A stretch of 64,000 nucleotides of DNA. It comes from a virus. Lineage: Duplodnaviria > Caudoviricetes. The stretch spans positions 32,001 through 96,000 of the IMG/VR virus record IMGVR_UViG_3300027780_001580. One strand, given 5' to 3'. The notes beneath the pieces are model-generated. The model saw nothing but the letters and a program-made list of their open reading frames with translations. It was not told the DNA's origin and made no database searches. Both the position numbers and the translations under genes were made by a program. Below, in pieces: positions 27,801 to 36,800 of the stretch; positions within the stretch are counted from its first letter, which is position 1, and each line of letters starts with the position of its first letter.

Positions 27801-30800
27801 GTATCCAGCATATGCTCCTAGTAAGTTTATTGATAACACATACCAAACACCAACAGAAGTTATCCAAGGACATGACGGTAGTATTTTTGTAGCATATGGT
27901 GATTTTAGAGATGAGTTATTACTTGAATTAGAAAAAAGAATTTATAATAACTTAAAAGTAAAATACGACCCAGCATTATTTGACTTGCACGATTTTGTAG
28001 GTGGCGCCAATAGAAATACAGGTATTCCTAAATCGGCTTTAGACAAGGGTATGATTGCAGAGTTTATTGATTGGCTTGCAGTTGTAGGTAACGCAGACTA
28101 TACAGACTATTCATTCTACGACACAACAAACAGTTTTACTTTTAATTACAGTTCTACTAACAATAACATAGGTAACACTAACCCTGGTTTTTGGAGAGCA
28201 GTATATAAACAAGCATTTGATACAGATCGCCCTCATACACATCCATGGGAAATGTTAGGTATAAGTGTTAAGCCAACTTGGTGGGACGCTGAATACGGAT
28301 TAGCACCATACACAAGTGAAAACAAAATACTATGGAAAGACATCGAAGATGGTCTGTTAAGAACTCCAGGTGCACCTCCAAAATACTTAAAGCATTATAA
28401 GAGACCTGCCCTTACTAAATGGATACCTGTTGATGAAGGTGGAAATTTAATAAGTCCTGTAGATTCTAACTATGCACAAGAGTTTGTGCTAGGCTCAACA
28501 AAAAATGCTTTTAAATTTGGAGATGAATCCCCAACAGAAACTGCTTGGAGAAGAAGTTCAGAGTACCCATTTGCATTAATAATTTCCTTAATCTTAAATC
28601 AACCTAGTAAAGTTATAGGGCTTGGTTGGGATAGAAGTAGAATTATTAGAGATAGTGCAGGAACTGTTGTTTACAAGCCAACTGGAAAACGTTTAAGATT
28701 AGAAGATTTAGTATTTCCAAATACTACTTCAGATGCAACTAGAGTAAACACATGTGGACTTGTAAACGTAATTGCAAACTATTTAAACAGTAGAGATGTT
28801 AATGTTTATTCTGCTTATCAAACAAACTTAAAATCTATTGATAACAAACTAGGAATTAAAATAGGCGGCTTTACTGAAAAGAGTAAGTTTAAGTTAATCC
28901 TTGATTCAAGAACTCCTTACAATGAAGGCAATGTTTTTGTACCAGATGAAAATTATCAGATATTTTTAAACACAAGTTCGCTAACAGAGTTAGTAACTTA
29001 CAGTGGTGTAATTATTGAGAAGAAAGCTGAAGGATTTATTATTAGAGGCTATGATAATGTTAATCCTTACTTTAAATGGTTTACGCCAACACCTAAAGCA
29101 GATGATCCGTTTGTAACAATCGGCGGAATTAGTGACGATTTTGTAGTATGGGCAGAGAAACAACGATATGTTGAAGGTGCAATTATACAGTTTAGCAATA
29201 ACTTTTATGTTGCTAAAGAAAATCACACAACTGATGCAACAGGATTTAATCAAGAGTTGTATCAAAGACTACCAGACCTTCCGTTAAGAGGCGGCCGTTC
29301 AGCGTTCTTTAGACGCTCATTCAATACTGAATTAGTTAAAGAGCCAGCAGAATTAGCGTATGGTACTATGTACAAGACTGAGCAAGAAGTTGTTGACTTT
29401 TTACTAGGGTATAGTAAGTATTTAGAAAGCATTGGCTTTACATTTAACAATTACAATGATAATATTAAAGAAGTAGAAAATTGGAGAGTAAGTGCTAAAG
29501 AATTCTTATTCTGGACAACGCAGAACTGGGCAGAAAATAGTGTTATTGCACTTAGCCCTGGTGCTAACCAATTAAACTTTTACAGAACGCACAATGTAGC
29601 AGATAATATCTTTGATACATTTTATGACTACAGTTTGTTAAAAGCAGACGGTAAGAAATTAATTCAGGAATATGCAAGAGTAGCTAGAAACGACGATAAC
29701 GAATTTGAATTAAAAACTAGAAATACAGGTGATGGAATTTACAACATTAATATTCCGTTAGTGCAAAAAGAACACGTTGTAATACTTGATAATACTACAG
29801 TATTCAAAGATGTAATTTATGATCAAGCACCGGGTTACCGTCAAGCAAGATTAAAAGTTATGGGATATAGAACTGATGCTTGGACAGGCGGATTTAATAT
29901 TCCAGGATTTATATATGACTCTGCTAAAACAACAGTATGGGAAACATGGAATGATTATGCAGTAGGCGACACAGTTAAGTACAAAGAATTTTATTACGTT
30001 GCAAAGGTAAAAATTCCTGGAACAAATATATTTGATAATAAAGACTGGGAGAAACTAGAAGTTCGTCCTGAAGCAGGGTTAAAAGCAAACTTAGATTATA
30101 AAGCAAAACAGTTTGGCGACTTTTATGACCTTGATACAGATAACTTTGATAGTGAGCAACAGCGCCTGGCACAGCATTTAATTGGATATCAAAAGCGTAA
30201 GTATTTAGAAAACATTATTAATGATGATGTTTCACAGTACAAATTTTATCAAGGCTTTATTCAAGATAAAGGTACAAAGAATAGTTTAACTAAATTGTTT
30301 GATGCATTGTCTAATACAGATGCAGATAGCTTAGACTTTTATGAAGAATGGGCATTTAGATTAGGACAGTATGGATCATCAACAGCGTTTGACGAAGTTG
30401 AATATACACTAGACGAAGCAAATTTTAGACTAAGTCCACAACCTATTGAACTAGTAGACACAGTATCAGGAACTGAAACTGATCTAATATATAGAATTAG
30501 ACCTTTTGAAACTTATTTAAAACCTCAACAGTATAATCATAAGCCGTTTCCAACCAGAAACATTCAGAAAAATGCATTACCAACAGCAGGATATGTTAAT
30601 CCGCAAGATGTAAAACTTTCTGTAGCAACATATGACGACATATTAACACAAACAGTATCAGCACTTAATGTTGGTGATTATGTTTGGATTGGTAAACGTG
30701 GTATTACATGGGACGTTGTAAAGTATAATAGAACTGATGATAGAGTGTTAGCTGTACAGACAACTACTAATGCTGGAATAACTGAATTTGTATTAACGTT

Positions 30801-33800
30801 ATCAAAACAATCAAACTATATAATTGACGAAATTATTGGTATTGTTGATGTTGAAGGTGCTGAAAAGTTTTACAAAGTTAAGCGTAACGAACTAGATACA
30901 TTAATTTGTTATCCAAACGGTGAAACTGAAGATGCTGAATTAACAAACGGATTTGTTACTAGATTTACTTCTAATAGAATCTCTGGATTTAATTCTGCAA
31001 ACTTGTTATTGTCAAATTATAATAACGATTTACAAGTTGGAGAAACTATTTGGATTGATACTGATATTAACAACGAATGGTTAGTATTGAAAAACGATCC
31101 AGTACATGTTCAGCAACAAGTTATTTCCAATATTAAAACTAGTGACTCGTCAGTAGAGTTTGGAACAGTTATTGCCGCTGACTCAAGAAATACAACACTT
31201 GCAATTGGTGCGTATGGAAACAACGCAGTATACCTATTTGGTAGAAATACTGATACAGTTGAGTTTACACATCTTCAAACAATTGAAGCACCTGGAACAT
31301 CGTACTATGCAGGCAACGGAAACTTTGGTAAGGCAGTTGCTATATCAGAAGATGCTGAGTTTTTAGTAATTGGCGCTCCACAAGCAAGTAATGTTAAGAC
31401 ATTGTACGAAGGAGAGTTTTCAGACGCTACTAATTACACAGCAAAAGATATTGTATCATACCAACAAGCAATATGGTCAGCTAACTATGACATTGGATCA
31501 GCATCTGGTGTGTTTAATTTTCCTAGTTATTATACTTCACATGATATTGCAGTTGCAAGTTATGCAGACGGAGCATATCCAGAAACAGTATATGCAATTA
31601 GAGGACGCTACAGTTTTGACGGTGCAACAGATCACATATTAGTTAGAGCACCAGTAAACCCATATGAAGGCTCAGCTGTTAATGACACAATTAGCTTACA
31701 ATGGAATCAGTATTCGCAAAACTATCCAAATGGTGTTTTACCGTTTGGTGTTAACGGCCCAGGCACAGCAAGTTTTGAAGGCACAAAAACTATTGTTGCA
31801 AAAATTGATGCTATTCTTTATGTTGAAAACTTATTAAGAATTCCAACAGTTGGCGATATTATTTCAACTAGTACTGGTATTGGTACAGTTCAAGATATTC
31901 TTATTGACAATGTTAGCACAGGAATGATATATGTATCAGATGTTAATGGAGCGTTTGAAGCTTCAGGAACACTAGTTACAAATAGTGTTAGTATGGGAAC
32001 ATACACAACTATTGAATTTAATAACACTAATAACACATTTGGCGGCTGGTGGAGAATTAACGGCATTACTAGTTTTACTACTACTGAAAGATCAATTACT
32101 ATTCCAAATTTAGTTATTGCTGATTATATTACAAGTACTGAAAGTAGAACACCAGAAGTTTATGCAAACACAATGGATGACGTATATGCGTTCAACCAAG
32201 ATCTTAACAACCCAACAAGGGGCGGCAAGATTGGAATACTAAGTCATTACAATAAGCAAGGACTTCCAGTAACAGAACCATATTGGTTTATCAGAGCTCC
32301 TAAGTCTATTACTAATACACTTAGTGAAGGTGATACTTTTACAATGGGTATTAACCAAGTTAAAGATAGTTTGAACACAATATATGATCCAATGGTTTTA
32401 GGACTAGAAACAATATACTTAAATCAACCACAGACAGTTTATGCTCTATGGGATGGTCAAATTGAAATTACGTTTACTAACTTTACTCCTCCACCAAACC
32501 AAGTTCCATATGTTCCTGTTGAAGGCGACATTATAGTAGAACCGTATACAGGAGCAAACGCTGAAGTTGTATATGTTCAAGAGGGCTTACTAGGTGCAAC
32601 ACTATTTGTTAAAAACTTAGCTGGTACATTTAGCTACGGTAACATGCATGCCGCAACAGGCGACTTGTATATTCAAAATTGGCAAGGTCAAGGATTTAAC
32701 AGACTTACTGGACGTATTGAATCAACTGACTTAACATCATCTTATTCAGGAAAGTATATTGTTGTTAAAAACAATGATAGTTCATTGTTACAAGTAGCAG
32801 TACCGTCATACAAAAACGAAATTGAATTCCAGTTCTACACAACTAGAACAGTTACTGGTGTACCACGTCAAGCAAATACACCAACACCGTTAAACAAAGA
32901 CTGGACACAAATATATAACTTACCAATTGATCCAGCTAATGGTGTAGCAAGTGCATACTCCAATGAAGGTGCGTACTTTGTTTATAACAAAACTGGTAGT
33001 GGTGAATATTCTTTACAACACGGGTATACTAATTTAGAACGTGGCAATGATAAAAACTTAGGAACACAGCTAGTATTAACTAAACATACTAACTTGTATA
33101 CATTATTTGTAAGTGCTCCAGGTGCAGGCAACGGTACTAATCCAGGTAGAATACATTTTGTTAAAACAGGATATGATAGTAACGGAACTTATGATTGGCG
33201 TGTAACAAGAGATCCGTATTATAAAGGAATATTTAGTGAGGCAACACCTTACTATACTGATGACATTGTTCTTTATAGTAATAACTTTTATCAGAGTACA
33301 ACGAATCAAGCGGCAGGTGTGTTTTCAAATAGTTGGACGTTACTACCAAAGCAGACAGATTTCTTAGGCTATGTTCCAAACGATACTGGAGTACAACCAG
33401 ATGGTGATTCAACATTCGACGATGAAAGTAATACATTATATAATTTTGCACACCCGTTTACTGTAAGTAAGAACGGACAAGTATTAGCTACTGTTGCAGA
33501 CTTTGAAAATGCAGATCCTAAAATTGCAGTTTACAGATTCAACAATGGACATTATGAATTTACACAGTCTATTATAACTCCGTTAACGTCTACAAAATAT
33601 GCAAGTGCAATTACTTTATCAGATGATGGAGAGTTATTAGCAGTAGGTGCACCGTTAGACGATAGCATTGCTAATGATAACGGCAAAGTTTATGTGTATA
33701 AAAATACTGAAGGAACATTTAACGTATTCCAAGAACTTACTAGCCCAGATAGTTCAGTAGCTGAACGCTTCGGCCAAACAGTTGACTTTGCAGGAAACGA

Positions 33801-36800
33801 ATTAATGGTTTCATCACAAGGCGGTAACCTAGTTAACAATACTTCCTTTGATAGATACGAATTGCCAGCAGATCCGCAACCTCAAACATACTTAGATGAT
33901 AGCACACTAGTTACTGCACAATATGTTAATAATAAAGAGTCGGACTTAGCTGTTGAAACTAGCTTTGATAACAACCTAACGCAGTTTAGTAAAGAAAATT
34001 TAGACTCAGGTGAAGTGTTTGTTTATCAGTTTGTTGGTGGATACTTATTGTACGGAGAAAAATTAGCCTTTAATAACAGTGATGTTGAAAGGTTTGGAGA
34101 ATTTGTCCACGCATCATTAAATCACATTTATGTGTCAATGCCAGAGCTAAGTGCATCAACTACAGGTAACAACTTTATTGGAACTGTTGTTGATTATAAG
34201 AGACAGCGTAATAAACTTCCGTGGATAGAATACAGAACTCCAACTAAACAAGTTGACCTAAGCAAATTTAAAGGCGTGTTTATTTACGCTAAAGACGGTA
34301 GTGGAACTGCAACACAGCTAGACTACATTGATCCAATACAAGGTAAAATTGCTGGACCAGCTGAAGAAGAATTAGCATTTTCAACACCATTTGATCCTGC
34401 AACTTATACAGAAAGTGATCAATCAACTGTAAACGTTGACCAAGAAAATTACTGGGCTGAAGAACATGTAGGTAAACTATGGTGGGATATTAGTACAGTA
34501 CAATGGGTTGAACCATATCAGAATAATATCATTTATAATACAGCAAACTTTAACCAGTTGATGGTTGGCGCATCTGTAGATGTGTATGAATGGGTTGAAT
34601 CTACATTAACTCCAACAAGATGGTTAGAACTAGCTGATACAGAAGATGGACTTAGTAGAGGAATTAGTGGAACACCTAAATACGGTACTGCTACATTTGT
34701 AACTAAAAGATTATACAATAATGTAAGCGGAGCGTTCTACAACAGATATTACTATTGGGTTAAAAATACTAAGATTATTCCTAACTTAGAGAATAGAAGT
34801 GCAAGTGCATTTGATGTTGCACAATTAATTCAAGATCCGGTAGCACAAGGATATAAGTTTGTTGCAATCTACGCTAATAATAGATTTGGATTATATAACT
34901 GTGGAAGTTTAGTTGAAGATGATAAAAAAGCAATTAACTTCCGTTACTGGACTATTGAAAATCAAGACATTAATACACATAGTCAGTATCAGCTTATTAC
35001 AGATGGATTGTCAACAAGTAAGCCAAACAAAGATTTAGAAGAAAAATGGATTGATAGTTTAATTGGTGTTGATGTTTATAACAGACCAGTACCAGATCCA
35101 GCGTTATCCTTTAAACAGAAATACGGAATTCTTAATAGACCTAGACAATCAATGTTTAGAAATAACATTGAAGCACTTAAACAAGTTGTTGAACGTGTTA
35201 ATAGAGTGCTAGTAAAAGAATTAATTGTAGATGAATTTAGCTTTGTTAATTTGCTTTCTAAAGATCCACAACCGGATCTTATTAGTGCAAAATATGACAT
35301 AGCAGTTGATACACATTCTGAACTAGGCTTTGTTAGTATTTCTAAAGTTAAGCCGGCAACATTAACTCCAATTTTTGAAGAAGGAAAATTAATTAGAGTT
35401 GATATTACTAACCCTGGCGCAGGGTATCTTACAGTTCCGATATACAAGTTTGAACAAGTTGGTGATGGCGAAAAAGCACAAATTAAAATAACATTAAATG
35501 CTTCAGGCGGTATTGCTACAGTAACAGTTAGAAATCCAGGCAAGAACTATGCTTCATCTACAAACTTAGCACTAAGATTGTTTAGTGTACTTGTTAAGAG
35601 TGACGAAAACGTAAACAACAAATGGTCAATATTTGCATACAATACTATAACAGGATTGTATGAGAGAACATCAACACAGTCATATGATTGTAGTGCTTGG
35701 TGGGATTACATTGATTGGTACTCTGCAGGATACAGTAAATTTACAGAAGTTGATTTTACAATAGATCAAAGTTACTTACTAACATCATTAGATGATAGCA
35801 TTGGCGATATTATTAAAATTAATAATGTTGGAGCAGGCGGTTGGTTACTATTAGAAAAAATTAGTAACGAAGAAGCGGCTGATTATACAACTAACTATCA
35901 AACAATTGGTAGACAAAACGGAACAATAGCGTTTAAAGAAACATTGTATAACTTTGCAAAGAGTTATGTTGGATTTGATGGACTAAGTTATGATACTAGT
36001 TTTTATGATAACCAACCTACACTAGAGTTACGTATTTTATTAAAAGCACTTAAAGAAGATTTATTTGTCGACAACTTAGAAGTTGAATACAATCAGTTAT
36101 TCCTTGCAAGTATTAGATATGCATTTGCAGAGCAACCGTTTGTTGACTGGGCATTTAAATCTAGTTTCATTAAAGCAAAACACAACGCAGGCGACTTGCA
36201 ACAAAAAGTTACATTCCAAAATGATAGCTTGCCTAGTTACGAAGAGTTTGTTAAAGAAACTAAACCTTTTAAAACAAAAATTAGAGAATATCTAAGTAGC
36301 TATACTAAAACAGACGAAACTGAAAGTAGTATTAGTGATTTTGATTTTGCACCACAGTATAACGAAGATACACAGCGTATTGAACCAGCATCACTTAAAG
36401 TTAAAGACAATTTAATTTACGGACAAGATGCAAATCTTAATGTATATCCAAACAAGCATTGGTTAGATAATGTTGGCTTTGAAGTTGTAAGTTGTAATAT
36501 TAGTGACCCAGGTGTTGGATATACAGAAATACCAGTAATTAAATTTGTTGGCGGTGGCGGCACAGGTGCTAAAGGACTTGCTAAATTAGGATCAGGCGGA
36601 AGTGTTGTAAGCATCGAAGTTACAAATCCAGGTTCAGGATATTTGTCAGCACCAACAGTTGAAGTTGAAGGAAGTTTGTCAACTACAATTACTAGTAGGA
36701 CTGCTAAAATATCTGCACAACTAGGTAACAGTAAAGTTAGAAGTTTACATTTACGTAGCAAGTTTGATAGAGTAACTGGAACATTCTTAATTACTACATT